64,000 nt of DNA from an uncultured Chloroflexia bacterium (GCA_963714835.1 CAVQPX010000026.1:14256-78255); one strand, 5' to 3'. Numbered from the stretch's first letter, positions 46,704 to 56,750 are shown. Made by a program: numbers and translations. The notes: generated by a model from the sequence alone, not told the origin.

Positions 46704-47510
46704 GTGTCCTGGACTGACGACCTGTTCGGCACGGTCAAGCCGATCATCGCCATGTGTCACCTTCGGGCCCTGCCTGGCGATCCTCAGTATGACCGTGCGA
46801 GGGGGATCGAATGGGTGGTCGAGCAGGCCAGGAGTGACCTCGACGCGCTCCAGTCGGGCGGCGTCGACGCCGTGATGTTCTCGAATGAGTGGAGCGTGCC
46901 GTACCTGACCACGGTCGAGACGATCACCGTGGCGTCGATGGCGCGGATCATCGGGGAGCTGGGTCCTTCGATCAGGGTGCCATTCGGCGTCAATGTGCTC
47001 TGGGATCCGATGGCCTCGATCGACCTCGCAGTCGCAACCGGCGCGCGCTTCGTGCGGGAGATCTTCACCGGAGCCTACGCCAGTGACTTCGGCATCTGGA
47101 ACACGGCGTGCGGCGAAGTCGTGCGCCATCAGCACGCGGTCGGTGGTCAAGGCATCCGGCTGATCTTCAACATCGTTCCAGAGGCGGCCGCCTACCTCGC
47201 CGGTCGCGAGCCGGAGGACATCGCGCGATCCACGGTGTTCAACACCCAGCCGGATGCGCTGTGCGTCTCCGGGATCACGGCCGGCGCGCAGACCTCGATC
47301 GAGACCCTGCGCCGAGTGAAGGGCGCCGTCCCGGAAACCGTCGTCCTGGCCAACACGGGCGTTCGCCTCGAGAACGTCGAGGAGCAGTTGAGCGTTGCCG
47401 ACGGCGCCATCGTCGGGTCCACCTTCAAGCGCGACGGCTCCACCTGGAATGAGGTGGACCGCACGCGAGTGGAGGCATTCATGGACCAGGTGCGCCACCT
47501 CAGGGCGTGA
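46704..47510 (+). CDS. BtpA/SgcQ-family TIM-barrel protein
   Basis: KPIIAMCHLRALPGDPQY...DLDALQSGGVDAVMFSNEWSVPY...NVLWDP...GARFVRE is typical of BtpA. GTG start preceded by ggagg. Confidence 0.8.
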   Translation: MSWTDDLFGTVKPIIAMCHLRALPGDPQYDRARGIEWVVEQARSDLDALQSGGVDAVMFSNEWSVPYLTTVETITVASMARIIGELGPSIRVPFGVNVLWDPMASIDLAVATGARFVREIFTGAYASDFGIWNTACGEVVRHQHAVGGQGIRLIFNIVPEAAAYLAGREPEDIARSTVFNTQPDALCVSGITAGAQTSIETLRRVKGAVPETVVLANTGVRLENVEEQLSVADGAIVGSTFKRDGSTWNEVDRTRVEAFMDQVRHLRA

Positions 47511-47519
47511 CGGGCCAGC

Positions 47520-47547
47520 GTGGGTCCCAGGGAACCCTGAGACCCAC
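47520..47547. terminator. Hairpin between convergent genes (possible bidirectional terminator)
   Basis: gtgggtcccaggg-aa-ccctgagacccac: about a 12-bp stem with one mismatch and a very small loop. No clear U-tract, so the call is weak. Confidence 0.35.
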
Positions 47548-47550
47548 CCT

Positions 47551-49068
47551 TCAGGAGTCCGCGAGAACGTGCGCGATCTCGGCGGTCTGCTCATACAGAC
47601 GCCGATACAGCGGATAGGTGCGATCGTAGAGCGCCATGGCCTCGCCCCGAGGGGCCACCTCGCGGCCCGGCTGCACCCAGCGGCGCGTCTCGCCCAGGTC
47701 GCGCGCATGCCCGATCCCGACCGAGGCGAGCATCGTGTTGCCGAAGGCGGCTCCCGGCGTCGCCTGGACCTCCTGGGTGCGCCCCGTCACATCGCTGACC
47801 GTCTGCACCCAGAGATCGTTGCGGACTCCGCCGCCGATCGCGACGAGTCGGCTCGAAGGCGCACCGGAAGCATCCATCGCCTCGAGGTTCGCTCGAACAC
47901 CGTACGCGATGCCTTCCAGCAGGGCGCGGAAGACATGTGGGCGCCCGTGTGACAAGGTCAAACCCAGCAGGGCACCGCGGGCCCGTGGATCGTTGATCGG
48001 CGTTCGCTCGCCGCTGAAGTAGGGGAGGGCGATCAGGCCTTCCGCGCCGGGTGCCACGCGGGTCGCCGCTTCCACCAGGACCTCGTACGCGTCCGGCCCT
48101 CCCTGCTCGGCTGCCTGGACGACGTCCTGGGAGAATTCGTCACGGAGCCACGCCAGGAGCACGCCGGCAGTCGACATCCCCGCGGCGAGGGCGAACATGC
48201 CGGGCTGAAGGTAGACGGTCGGCCAGAGCACGCGGCTCGTGGGCAGGCTCGGCACGACCTGGATGAAGAACATCGAGCTGCCGTACATGAGCATCGTATC
48301 GCCGGGATCCAGGACGCCCGCGGCCGTTGCCTCCGAGGCAGCGTCGGCCGACCCGACGATGACCGGCGTGCCCTCGACCAGCTGCGTGATCGCCGCCGCC
48401 TCGCGGGTCACCGAACCGGCGATCGCCGTGCTCCAGTCGATCTCGGGGAGGACATCGCGATCGCAGACGAGACCGAGGGCTCGGTCGTCCCACGTTCGAC
48501 GATCCAGGTTGTAGAGAGGTCCGTATGCCGCTGCCGTGTAGTGATCGATGATCGCTCGGCCCGTCAGACGGAGGACAACGTAGGACGTCGACGTCAGGAC
48601 GCGATGGGTCCGGGCCCAGACATCCGGCTCGTGGCGCCGGATCCAGAGGACCTTGGGTCCGGCCGCCTGGGCGCTGAGGGCCGAACCGGTCTCGCGGAGG
48701 ATCCACTCTTCGCCCAGCTCGCTCGTCAGGTCCCGGACTTCCTCGGTCGCTCGTGTGTCGACCCCATACAGGATCGCTGGCCTCAGAGGCCGACCGTCCC
48801 GGTCGATCGGCACCACGCACGGACCGATGCCACTGCACCCGACGGCAGCGATGTCGCGCGGCGCGACGTCTGCGAGAACGGGCAACTCGCGGGCCAGGAC
48901 GACGACGTCGTGCCACCAGACCTTCTCGGCATCGTGCTCGGCCCATCCGGGATGTGGGCGATCCGTTCCATGGGAGAGCGACTTGGTCGCCACGATCCGC
49001 CCGTCCAGGTCGGTCAGAACGCCCTTCGACTCGTGGGTCCCGATGTCGATGCCGAGCGTGTACTTCAT
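47551..49068 (-). CDS. FGGY-family carbohydrate kinase (xylulokinase/ribulokinase-like)
   Basis: MKYTLGIDIGTHESKGVL (phosphate-1 motif), ...GSADAASEATAAGV..., ...LVAIGGGVRNDLWVQ (adenosine motif). Confidence 0.85.
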   Translation of the reverse strand: MKYTLGIDIGTHESKGVLTDLDGRIVATKSLSHGTDRPHPGWAEHDAEKVWWHDVVVLARELPVLADVAPRDIAAVGCSGIGPCVVPIDRDGRPLRPAILYGVDTRATEEVRDLTSELGEEWILRETGSALSAQAAGPKVLWIRRHEPDVWARTHRVLTSTSYVVLRLTGRAIIDHYTAAAYGPLYNLDRRTWDDRALGLVCDRDVLPEIDWSTAIAGSVTREAAAITQLVEGTPVIVGSADAASEATAAGVLDPGDTMLMYGSSMFFIQVVPSLPTSRVLWPTVYLQPGMFALAAGMSTAGVLLAWLRDEFSQDVVQAAEQGGPDAYEVLVEAATRVAPGAEGLIALPYFSGERTPINDPRARGALLGLTLSHGRPHVFRALLEGIAYGVRANLEAMDASGAPSSRLVAIGGGVRNDLWVQTVSDVTGRTQEVQATPGAAFGNTMLASVGIGHARDLGETRRWVQPGREVAPRGEAMALYDRTYPLYRRLYEQTAEIAHVLADS

Positions 49069-49072
49069 GGCC

Positions 49073-49978
49073 TCACTCGAGGCCGAGGAGGATGTCCATC
49101 TTCCGCGAGATGTCCCGGATGCCCTCGTCCGGCGCGAAGCGGTAGGGCGGCACCTCCGCGATCAGGTACCCGTGATAGCCCACGTCGCGCAGGGCGCGCA
49201 TCACGCTTTCCCACGGGACGTTGCCCTGGAAGAGGTGGGTGAACCCACGGATGTTGCCGATCTCGTCGATGAAGTCCTTGAGATGGATGCTGAGCAGCCG
49301 TCTGCCGAGGAGCCGGATCCACTGGTCCGGGTATCCATACTGCATGACGTTCCCCACGTCGAAGTGCACACCCACGTATGGACTCCCGATCTTGTCGACG
49401 AGGTCGCGCATCTCCAGGGGCGAGTAGAGGAAGCGGCCCCAGACGTTCTCGAGGCCGAGGCCGACGCCTCGCTCCTCCGCGATGGGCTTGAGTTCGGCCA
49501 GCGCACCCTCGAGGCGCTGATAGGCGTCCGCGTAGTCGATCTGCGACGTGACCACCCCCGGGACCACGAGGACGTTCGGCGCCTCCGCGACGGCGGCGAT
49601 GTCGAGGAGCTTCTTCATCAAGTCGATGCCCGTGCGCCGGACCTTGGGGTCGCCATCGATCAGGGAGAAGTGGAACTGCGAGATCGTCAGGACGGACGAG
49701 ATCTGCACGCCATGGTCGTGAGCAATCCCGACAACGGCGCGGATCTCTGACTCGGTGCTGTCGATCTGAAGCGACTTGCTCGCCGAGAATGACGACCCCA
49801 CGCTCTTGGCGATCTCCGCGATGAGACCCTCCGCGGGCGCACGAAGCATCGCCTCGAAGAACGGCGGATAGTCGATCGACAACTCGAGGCCCTGAAACCC
49901 CGTCTGCTCACAAAGGCCGAAGACCCTCGGCCAGTCCCAGTCCGCCGGGAAGCACCACTGATTGACTGCCTTCTTCAT
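49073..49978 (-). CDS. Sugar phosphate isomerase/epimerase (xylose isomerase-like TIM barrel)
   Basis: FQGLELSID...LGLENVWGRFL...VGVHFDVGNVMQYG...IHLKDF fit the AP_endonuc_2/xylose-isomerase-like family. An alternative start at 50005 would overlap the upstream gene. Confidence 0.8.
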   Translation of the reverse strand: MKKAVNQWCFPADWDWPRVFGLCEQTGFQGLELSIDYPPFFEAMLRAPAEGLIAEIAKSVGSSFSASKSLQIDSTESEIRAVVGIAHDHGVQISSVLTISQFHFSLIDGDPKVRRTGIDLMKKLLDIAAVAEAPNVLVVPGVVTSQIDYADAYQRLEGALAELKPIAEERGVGLGLENVWGRFLYSPLEMRDLVDKIGSPYVGVHFDVGNVMQYGYPDQWIRLLGRRLLSIHLKDFIDEIGNIRGFTHLFQGNVPWESVMRALRDVGYHGYLIAEVPPYRFAPDEGIRDISRKMDILLGLE

Positions 49979-49997
49979 GTCCGTGCCCTCGCTACGG

Positions 49998-52358
49998 TCA
50001 GCCACGATGATCGCGCTCGGCCAGCAGTCGCCAGATGCGATCCGGTGTCAGGGGGCACTCGCGGATCTCGACCCCGAACGGGGAGAGCGCGTCCTCCACC
50101 GCACCGGCGATCACGGCTGCAACGGGGATCGTCCCACCCTCGCCGACACCCTTGATCCCCAAGGGGTTGAGTGGCGACGGACTCTCGTGATGGAAGATCT
50201 CGATGTGGGGGACATCCGCAGCAGACGGCATCGAGTAGTCGAGGAACGTGCCGGTGACCAGCTGGCCGTTCGGCTCATAGACGAGTTCCTCGAGGAGCGC
50301 GCTGCCGATGCCCTGCACCACGCCTCCGGCGATCTGGCCGTCGACGATCGTCGGATTGATGACCCGCCCACAGTCGTGGACGACGACATACCGGAGGATC
50401 TTGACCTCGCCGGTTGCCCGATCGACCTCGACGACGGCAGCATGGACACCGTTCGACCAGGTGACGGTCCGGGGGCTGTAGCTGCCGGTCGCACCGAGCC
50501 CCGGCTCCCAGCCCCTGAGCGGTCCCTTGGGGTTCTCCAGCGCCGCGGCCACCTCGGCAAGGCGCAGGGCCCGGTCGGGCGTGCCGACCACGGAGATGAC
50601 GCCATCGCGGAGCTCGAGATCGTCGGTCGACACTTCCAGGAGCTCCGCCGCCGCAGCCAGTGCGCGCTGTCGGGTGCGCTCGGCGGCGGCATCGACCGCA
50701 TTCCCCACGACCACGGCGACGCGGCTGGCGATCGTCGCATCGCCGATCGGCGTCTCCATGGTGTCGCCCTGGCTGAGCCGCACGTCGGTGAGTCCCACGC
50801 CGAGCTGGTCGGCGACGATCTGGGCCATCGTGGTCGCGTGCCCCTGCCCTTGCGAGGGGACCGCCATCGAGACCGTGACGTGGCCGGCCGGGTCCACCCG
50901 CACGTCGGCGGTCTCCGCGGGCCCGATCCCCGTGCCTTCGATGTATCCGGCGACGCCGATCCCGATGTATCGCCCGGTCTCTCGTTCCTCGTGCTGCCGG
51001 CGACGAACGCCTGGATAGTCGATGGCGCTCAGCGCATGCTCGAGACATCCGAGATAGTCCCCGCTGTCGAGGATCACCGGCTCCCCATCGCGGTACGGCA
51101 TCCCGGCGTCGTAGGGCATCTCATCCTGACGAAGCGTGTTGATCCGCCGGATCTCGGCCGGGTCCAATCCCAGCTCGCGCGCCGCCAGATCGATGACGCG
51201 TTCCATCGCGAACACGGCCTCCGGTCGCCCCGCACCACGGACCGGGGCAGACGGCGCCTTGTTTGTCACGACGGCCCGGCCATCGACGAAGAGCGCCGGC
51301 ACGCGATACGGACCGGTCACGTGCGCCGCGGTGTTGTACGACTCGACGAGCGGCAGGATGCTCAGCGCTCCCACGTTCGCGATGAATTGGTCGTCGACGC
51401 CGAGGAACGTCCCGTCCGCCTTCAGGGCGAGGGTGATGTCGTGGACGTGATCCCGGGAGTGGATGGCGCTCACGAAGTGGTCGCTCCGGCTCTCGACCCA
51501 CTTGACCGGGGTCCCCAGTCGTCGGGCGAGCAGCGGGAGGAGGACCTCCTCCGGATAGACCATCGACTTCACCCCGAATCCGCCTCCGACATCGGGGGCG
51601 ATGACGCGCACCTGATCGCGATCGAGGCCCAGGTGGGTGGCAAGCGCGTTGCGCAGCCAGTGTGGGTTCTGGGTCGACGACCACACGACGATGCCCTCGG
51701 AGCGGCGATCCGGCCGAGCCAGCACCCCCCGCAGCTCGATCGGGGCCCCGGTCTGGCGGCCGAATCTGAACCGGCCCTTGACGACATGGTCGGCCGCTCC
51801 GATGGCCGCCGCGATGTCGCCCTTCTCGACCGTGAATCCCGTGGCCAGGTTGCTCTTCCAGCCCTCGTACAGCAGGGGCGCATCGGCGGCGAGCGCGGCC
51901 TCGGCGTCGGTCACGGGCGCCAGCCGTTCGAACTCGACCTCGATCCGATCGATGGCGGCGCGGGCGGCGTCGGCATCCAGCGCGACGACAGCCGCCACCG
52001 GCTCGCCGGCATAGCGGACCTTGCCGCTGGCGAGGATGGTCATCTCCTGTGGCTGCACGACCGGGTGGATCGCCTTGAGCAGGGCGGGATTCGGGCGCCA
52101 CAGGGGATGACGGAACGGGCCGTTGTCCTTGCCGAGCATGTCGGCCGTCACCACGGCACTCACGCCCGGCATCGCCAGTGCTGCCGCGGTGTCGATGCCG
52201 ATGATCCGGGCATGCGCGTACACGCTGCGAAGGATCGCCACGTGGAGCGCGCCTGCGCTGTCGATGTCATCGAGGTATTCGGCGCTGCCGGTCAGGAACC
52301 GCCGATCCTCGACGCGCTTCACGCGCGACCCGAACCAGGGGTCGCTCGTCGAGGTCAT
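49998..52358 (-). CDS. Molybdopterin-binding large subunit of the xanthine dehydrogenase / CoxL-like molybdenum hydroxylase family
   Basis: GSRVKRVEDRRFLTGSAEYLDDI at the N-terminus. APVRGAGRPEA is a form-II AYRGAGR-like active-site loop. C-terminal PLNPLGIKGVGEGGTIP. No fused Fe-S domain. Confidence 0.85.
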   Translation of the reverse strand: MTSTSDPWFGSRVKRVEDRRFLTGSAEYLDDIDSAGALHVAILRSVYAHARIIGIDTAAALAMPGVSAVVTADMLGKDNGPFRHPLWRPNPALLKAIHPVVQPQEMTILASGKVRYAGEPVAAVVALDADAARAAIDRIEVEFERLAPVTDAEAALAADAPLLYEGWKSNLATGFTVEKGDIAAAIGAADHVVKGRFRFGRQTGAPIELRGVLARPDRRSEGIVVWSSTQNPHWLRNALATHLGLDRDQVRVIAPDVGGGFGVKSMVYPEEVLLPLLARRLGTPVKWVESRSDHFVSAIHSRDHVHDITLALKADGTFLGVDDQFIANVGALSILPLVESYNTAAHVTGPYRVPALFVDGRAVVTNKAPSAPVRGAGRPEAVFAMERVIDLAARELGLDPAEIRRINTLRQDEMPYDAGMPYRDGEPVILDSGDYLGCLEHALSAIDYPGVRRRQHEERETGRYIGIGVAGYIEGTGIGPAETADVRVDPAGHVTVSMAVPSQGQGHATTMAQIVADQLGVGLTDVRLSQGDTMETPIGDATIASRVAVVVGNAVDAAAERTRQRALAAAAELLEVSTDDLELRDGVISVVGTPDRALRLAEVAAALENPKGPLRGWEPGLGATGSYSPRTVTWSNGVHAAVVEVDRATGEVKILRYVVVHDCGRVINPTIVDGQIAGGVVQGIGSALLEELVYEPNGQLVTGTFLDYSMPSAADVPHIEIFHHESPSPLNPLGIKGVGEGGTIPVAAVIAGAVEDALSPFGVEIRECPLTPDRIWRLLAERDHRG

Positions 52359-53377
52359 TCGGACGCGCTGGGGGCCATGAGGTCGAGCAGACGCTGCGTC
52401 TGATGATGCGCCGCCGGCCTGAGGATCGGGAGGTCGACGCCGGCGTCCCTGAACTTCTGGACACGTGCGACGACTTCGTCCGGCGTCCCGCTCGCTGTCA
52501 TCCCCTCGACGTAGGAATCGGGCACGGCCTTGATCAGGGCGGCCTTTCCGCCGGATCGATGGGCTTCCTCGAATTGCGGGATGTCGTCGGCGTGGATGTA
52601 CGGCTCGCCCACGCGCATCTTCGGGCCCGCGATGAACGGCAGCTGGATGGGATCGAACTTGCTGGCGACCTCCCAGCGGATGGCGTCCAGGGCCGTCCGA
52701 TGGTCGTCCTCCACCGAGCAGTTGATCAACTGCGCGACCTGGAAGGTCGCCCAGTCCCGGCCGGCCGCTTCGGCTGCCTCGCGAACGATCTTGATCGCAT
52801 TCGCCGTGTATTCAGGTGAGCACACGGCATTGAGCAGGACGCCGTCCCCGATCTGCCCGGCGATCTCGAGACCCGTCCGGCTCGTGGCCGGGATCCAGAT
52901 CGGCACGTAGCGGCGGGCAGGCTCCCAGCCCAGGCGGCAGTCGCTGAAGCGAACCGTTTCCCCGACGAAGTCGGCATCCTCGCCGGCCAGGATCATCCGG
53001 ATGGCGCCGACCCAATCTCGTAGCGAGTCGGGAGGACTGACGGGCTCGAGGCCGTGCCGCCGCCCGTGCGTGTGCGTGCAGGCGCCGGCCGAGAGGACCA
53101 TCCGGCCCCCCGTGAGCTCATCGAGCGACGCCAGCGTCTGGGCCATGATGAGTGGGCTGCGCAGTCGGACGATCTGGGTGGTCCCCAGCGTCATCCGTTT
53201 GGTTGCGAGGCCGAACGCCGTCAGCGCCGAGACGGAGTCTCGCATCAACTCGATCGTCTCCGAGAAGAAGCCGATCTCGTAGTTCCGCTCTTCCGCGGCC
53301 GCCATCCAGCGCGCCATGTCCCCGATGCTCAGGCTCGGGTCATAGCCCGTGGCGAATCCCGTTCGCTGTGTCGCCAC
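52355..53377 (-). CDS. LLM-class (luciferase-like) flavin/F420-dependent oxidoreductase
   Basis: YEIGFFSETIELMRDSVSALTAFGLATKRMTLGTTQIVRLRSPLIMAQTLASLDELTGGRMVLSAGA is a typical LLM N-terminal half. A 4-nt overlap with the downstream gene. Confidence 0.8.
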   Translation of the reverse strand: MATQRTGFATGYDPSLSIGDMARWMAAAEERNYEIGFFSETIELMRDSVSALTAFGLATKRMTLGTTQIVRLRSPLIMAQTLASLDELTGGRMVLSAGACTHTHGRRHGLEPVSPPDSLRDWVGAIRMILAGEDADFVGETVRFSDCRLGWEPARRYVPIWIPATSRTGLEIAGQIGDGVLLNAVCSPEYTANAIKIVREAAEAAGRDWATFQVAQLINCSVEDDHRTALDAIRWEVASKFDPIQLPFIAGPKMRVGEPYIHADDIPQFEEAHRSGGKAALIKAVPDSYVEGMTASGTPDEVVARVQKFRDAGVDLPILRPAAHHQTQRLLDLMAPSASE

Positions 53378-53403
53378 GGCCTCTCCCTCTCCAGCAATGT
53401 GTT

Positions 53404-53464
53404 TTGACGTCTAACTATCTTACACGCGTCCTTGACGGCGCACCGTATGGTAGTTCAACGTCAA
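53404..53464. promoter_or_regulatory. Imperfect inverted repeat (candidate operator) in a divergent promoter region
   Basis: TTGACGTCTAACTA (53404-53417) and TAGTTCAACGTCAA (53451-53464) match in 12 of 14 positions when reverse-complemented. A third TTGACGG half-site lies at 53432. The local stretch is AT-rich. Confidence 0.35.
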
Positions 53465-53540
53465 GATATCCCACATGTCGTGAGGAGTGCGGGGCCCGCA
53501 CACGACGAGACGGGGGCCCCGACGATGGAGGTGACAGGCG

Positions 53541-54308
53541 TTGGATCTGACGGATCGGGTCGTACTTGTCACCGGCGCCGCGACCGGGCTCGGCAGGGCC
53601 ACCGCCGTCGCCTTCGCAGCGCACGAGGTCCGCGCCATCGTCGTCAACTACCGCGGCCGCCCGACGGAGGCCGCGGCTGTGGTCGACGAGGTCCTGCGGC
53701 TGGGACGCGAGGCGTTGCCGATCCAGGCAGATATCCGCGACGACGGCGACGTGCGCCGGATGATCGACGCCATTGGGTCGCGCTATGGGCGTCTGGATGT
53801 CCTCGTCAACAACGCGGGGATCACGCATTGGGTCCCGATTCGAAACCTCGACGAGATGACCGACGAGAAGTGGCACGAGATCCTCGACGTGAACCTGCTC
53901 GGGGCGTTCCGCTGCGCGCGGGCGGCCGCTCCGCTCCTCGCGGCCCACGAGGGCGCGATCGTCAACGTCTCCTCGATCTCGGGGGTGCGGGCGCTCGAGA
54001 CAGCCTCCTCGATCGCGTACAGCGCATCCAAGGCTGCGCTCATCAGCCTGACCCGCAGCCTTGCCGTCGCGCTCGCGCCGGAGGTACGCGTCAACGCCGT
54101 GGCGCCCGCGTTCACCGACACGGAGTGGATGCGGAGCCACTACGGCGACGAGTTCGAGGAGCGCGCCGCCGCCGCTGCCCGCAGCTTCCCGCTCGGACGG
54201 ATCGCCCGTCAGGAGGATGTCGCGGCGGCGATCGTCGCACTCGTGACCGGTGGAGACTTCATCACCGGGCAGACGATCCTCGTCGACGGCGGCCGCAGCA
54301 TCGTCTGA
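53541..54308 (+). CDS. SDR-family oxidoreductase (FabG-like)
   Basis: VVLVTGAATGLGRATA (TGxxxGxG), NNAG, and the catalytic YSASKAAL (YxxxK). Confidence 0.85.
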   Translation: MDLTDRVVLVTGAATGLGRATAVAFAAHEVRAIVVNYRGRPTEAAAVVDEVLRLGREALPIQADIRDDGDVRRMIDAIGSRYGRLDVLVNNAGITHWVPIRNLDEMTDEKWHEILDVNLLGAFRCARAAAPLLAAHEGAIVNVSSISGVRALETASSIAYSASKAALISLTRSLAVALAPEVRVNAVAPAFTDTEWMRSHYGDEFEERAAAAARSFPLGRIARQEDVAAAIVALVTGGDFITGQTILVDGGRSIV

Positions 54309-54309
54309 C

Positions 54310-54936
54310 TCAGCGCGGGTCCCCATCGGCGCCCGCGTCATCGGTGACGGCGTCATCGTCGTTCGAGGGAGCGCCGGCCCGTCCCCGCGCGCGGTTCGTC
54401 GCGGTCGGCCCCGATGCTCCGGTCGCCGGGGGTCGGTCGTCGTGGGCCAGGAGCAGTCCGCGCAGCAGCCTGGCCAGATCCGCCTGCTGGCGTCGCGAGA
54501 GGCCGGACAAGAGCCGAATCTCATTGGCGGCGTGGCGCTCGATGACTTCGTCGGCGACCTTCTGGCCGAGATCGGTCAGCCCGACGAGCGAACTCCGCCC
54601 GTCGTCCGCGTCCGGGAACCGGGTCACGAGCCCGGCATCCTCGAGTCGGTCGATCCGATTCGTCATGGCCCCTGATGACACGAGCAGCGACGCATACAGC
54701 TCGGTCGGCGACATCCGATACGGCGGTCCCGCGCGGCGCAGGGCAGCCAGGACATAGAACCCGGCACTGTTGAGCCCCATCGGCTTGAACGACGTCTCGA
54801 TCGCGCGCTCGAGGTAGCGCGACAGGCGTGAGATCCGGCCGATGACGCTGAGCCCCGACGTGTCGAGGTCGGGACGCTCGGTCGCCCACTCATCGATGAT
54901 CAGATCGACGTAGTCGAGTCGACTGCTCCCGGACAC
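54310..54936 (-). CDS. MarR-family transcriptional regulator
   Basis: LNSAGFYVLAALRRAGPPYRMSPTELYASLLVSSGAMTNRIDRLEDAGLVTRFPDADDGRSSLVGLTDLG is the winged-helix MarR core. GTG start at 54936. Confidence 0.8.
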   Translation of the reverse strand: MSGSSRLDYVDLIIDEWATERPDLDTSGLSVIGRISRLSRYLERAIETSFKPMGLNSAGFYVLAALRRAGPPYRMSPTELYASLLVSSGAMTNRIDRLEDAGLVTRFPDADDGRSSLVGLTDLGQKVADEVIERHAANEIRLLSGLSRRQQADLARLLRGLLLAHDDRPPATGASGPTATNRARGRAGAPSNDDDAVTDDAGADGDPR

Positions 54937-55087
54937 GTCTACACCCTCGAGCCATGCGGGTCGATCAAGGATGCGGTGGCGTCGGATGATCCACGGCCCG
55001 CCCGCTCGAGAAGACGCGCATCCCTGCTCACGGCCGACATCGTGAACCCGAGGGCGAGGTGACGCAAGGCGTGGACGGCGATCTGGA

Positions 55088-56749
55088 TCATCCGTCGTCC
55101 AGGCCGAAGGCCGCGACGTCGCCGGGATCCACACCGTAGTCGCGCGTGAGGCCCTCCGCCGACACGTAGCCCTGGCGCAGATCGGACACCAGCGCGGCGC
55201 GTGCTCGTTCGCTCGGCGGCCCGTACCCGCCTCCGCCGGGCAGCTCGAGGATGAGCCGCTCGTTCCCGCGCAGCACGAACGACGCTTTCGTGACGGCGCG
55301 CTCGCCCGGCTCGATCCAGGCCCGCCCCGTCCGTCCGGGCCCCCCTCCCGACAGACCCGTCGCCGGGTGGGCGAGCCGGTCGAGGAGGACCGATACGGTC
55401 ACGCCCTCGGGCGACAGCGGCGCGACGCCCAGGCGTTGGCCGAGGCCCCCGCGGAATTGGCCGGCGCCGCCCGAGTCGGCGATCAGCGATCGCTCCGTGA
55501 CGAGGAGCGGGGCGCTGGACTCGGTGATCTCGACGGGGATCCCCATGACACCGCTCGGGAACGCAGTCGCAGACAGGCCGTCCTTGTTCGTGCGCGCGCC
55601 CATCCCGCCGGCGGCCGACATCGTGAACGAGAAGGCCCGGCCGTCATCGTCCTGTCCGCGGAACTGCGTCAGCCAGATGTTCGCCGCACCCTCGGCCACC
55701 ACGTTGTCGCCGATCACCGGCGCAAGCGCATTGATGATGGCCATCGGCAGGAAGTGGCCGATGATGTGCCGCGCCGCCAGCGGTGCCGGCCACGTCGCGT
55801 TGAGGATGCTGCCGGACGGGGCGCTCACGGTGACCGGTCGCAACGAGCCCGTGTTGTTCGGGATGTCGACGCCGATGAGGCAGCTGATCGCGTACGTCGT
55901 GTAGGCGTGCGTGTAGTTGAGGACGACGTTGATCCCGTGCGGGCTCGCCGGCGAAGAGCCGGACCAGTCGACATGGACGTGACCGTCGCCGACCTCGACC
56001 ATGCACGTGAGCTCGATCGGTTCGTCGATCCCGTCCGAGGTGACGCGGCCGGGATAGCGGCCCGGCGGGATCCGGCGGATCGCGTCCCGCATCGCGCGCT
56101 CGGATGCCTCGACGATGTGCCGTCCGGGAGCCTCCAGGTCGGGCAGATCGAACGCCTCGAGCGTGGCCACGATCGCGTCGCCCGCGGCAGCATTCCCAGC
56201 CGTCTGCGCGTACAGGTCGCCGAGGTTCTCCTTCGGCGTCCGCACGTTGGCGCTCATCAGGCGGATGAGCAGCGCGTTCGGTTCCCCGCCCACGAACAGC
56301 TTCTCGATCGGGACGAGGATTCCCTCCTCGAACTGCGAGTGAGCCTCGATGCCGAGCCCGCGTCCGCCCACGTCCGTCAGGTGGCACAGGCTCCCCACGT
56401 ACGCGACGAGGCGATCGTGGTGGAAGACGGGCGTCACGACCGTGTGATCGTGGAGCTGGCCCGACGTCGAGTGTGGGTCGTTGGTGATGAGCACGTCGCC
56501 GGCAGCGAGCGTTCCCGGCGGATACGCCGAGATGAAATGCCGGATCGCGTTGGCCATCGAGTTGATGTGCCCGGGTGTCCCGGTGCGAGCCTGGGCCAGC
56601 ATGTCGCCGTTCGGCAGGAAGATGCACGCGGAGAGATCGCCCGCCTCGCGCACGATGGGCGAGAAGGCCGCCCGGATCAGGGTCGCCGCCTGCTCATCGG
56701 TGGCCGCCAGCAACCGGTTCCAGATCAGGTCGTTGCGAAGGACGTCCAT
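55088..56749 (-). CDS. hyuB: Hydantoinase B / oxoprolinase family protein
   Basis: NRLLAATDEQAATLIRAAFSPIVREAGDLSACIF...TNDPHSTSGQLHDHTVVTPVF...GGGGYGPP are typical of HyuB. Confidence 0.85.
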   Translation of the reverse strand: MDVLRNDLIWNRLLAATDEQAATLIRAAFSPIVREAGDLSACIFLPNGDMLAQARTGTPGHINSMANAIRHFISAYPPGTLAAGDVLITNDPHSTSGQLHDHTVVTPVFHHDRLVAYVGSLCHLTDVGGRGLGIEAHSQFEEGILVPIEKLFVGGEPNALLIRLMSANVRTPKENLGDLYAQTAGNAAAGDAIVATLEAFDLPDLEAPGRHIVEASERAMRDAIRRIPPGRYPGRVTSDGIDEPIELTCMVEVGDGHVHVDWSGSSPASPHGINVVLNYTHAYTTYAISCLIGVDIPNNTGSLRPVTVSAPSGSILNATWPAPLAARHIIGHFLPMAIINALAPVIGDNVVAEGAANIWLTQFRGQDDDGRAFSFTMSAAGGMGARTNKDGLSATAFPSGVMGIPVEITESSAPLLVTERSLIADSGGAGQFRGGLGQRLGVAPLSPEGVTVSVLLDRLAHPATGLSGGGPGRTGRAWIEPGERAVTKASFVLRGNERLILELPGGGGYGPPSERARAALVSDLRQGYVSAEGLTRDYGVDPGDVAAFGLDDG

Positions 56750-56750
56750 C

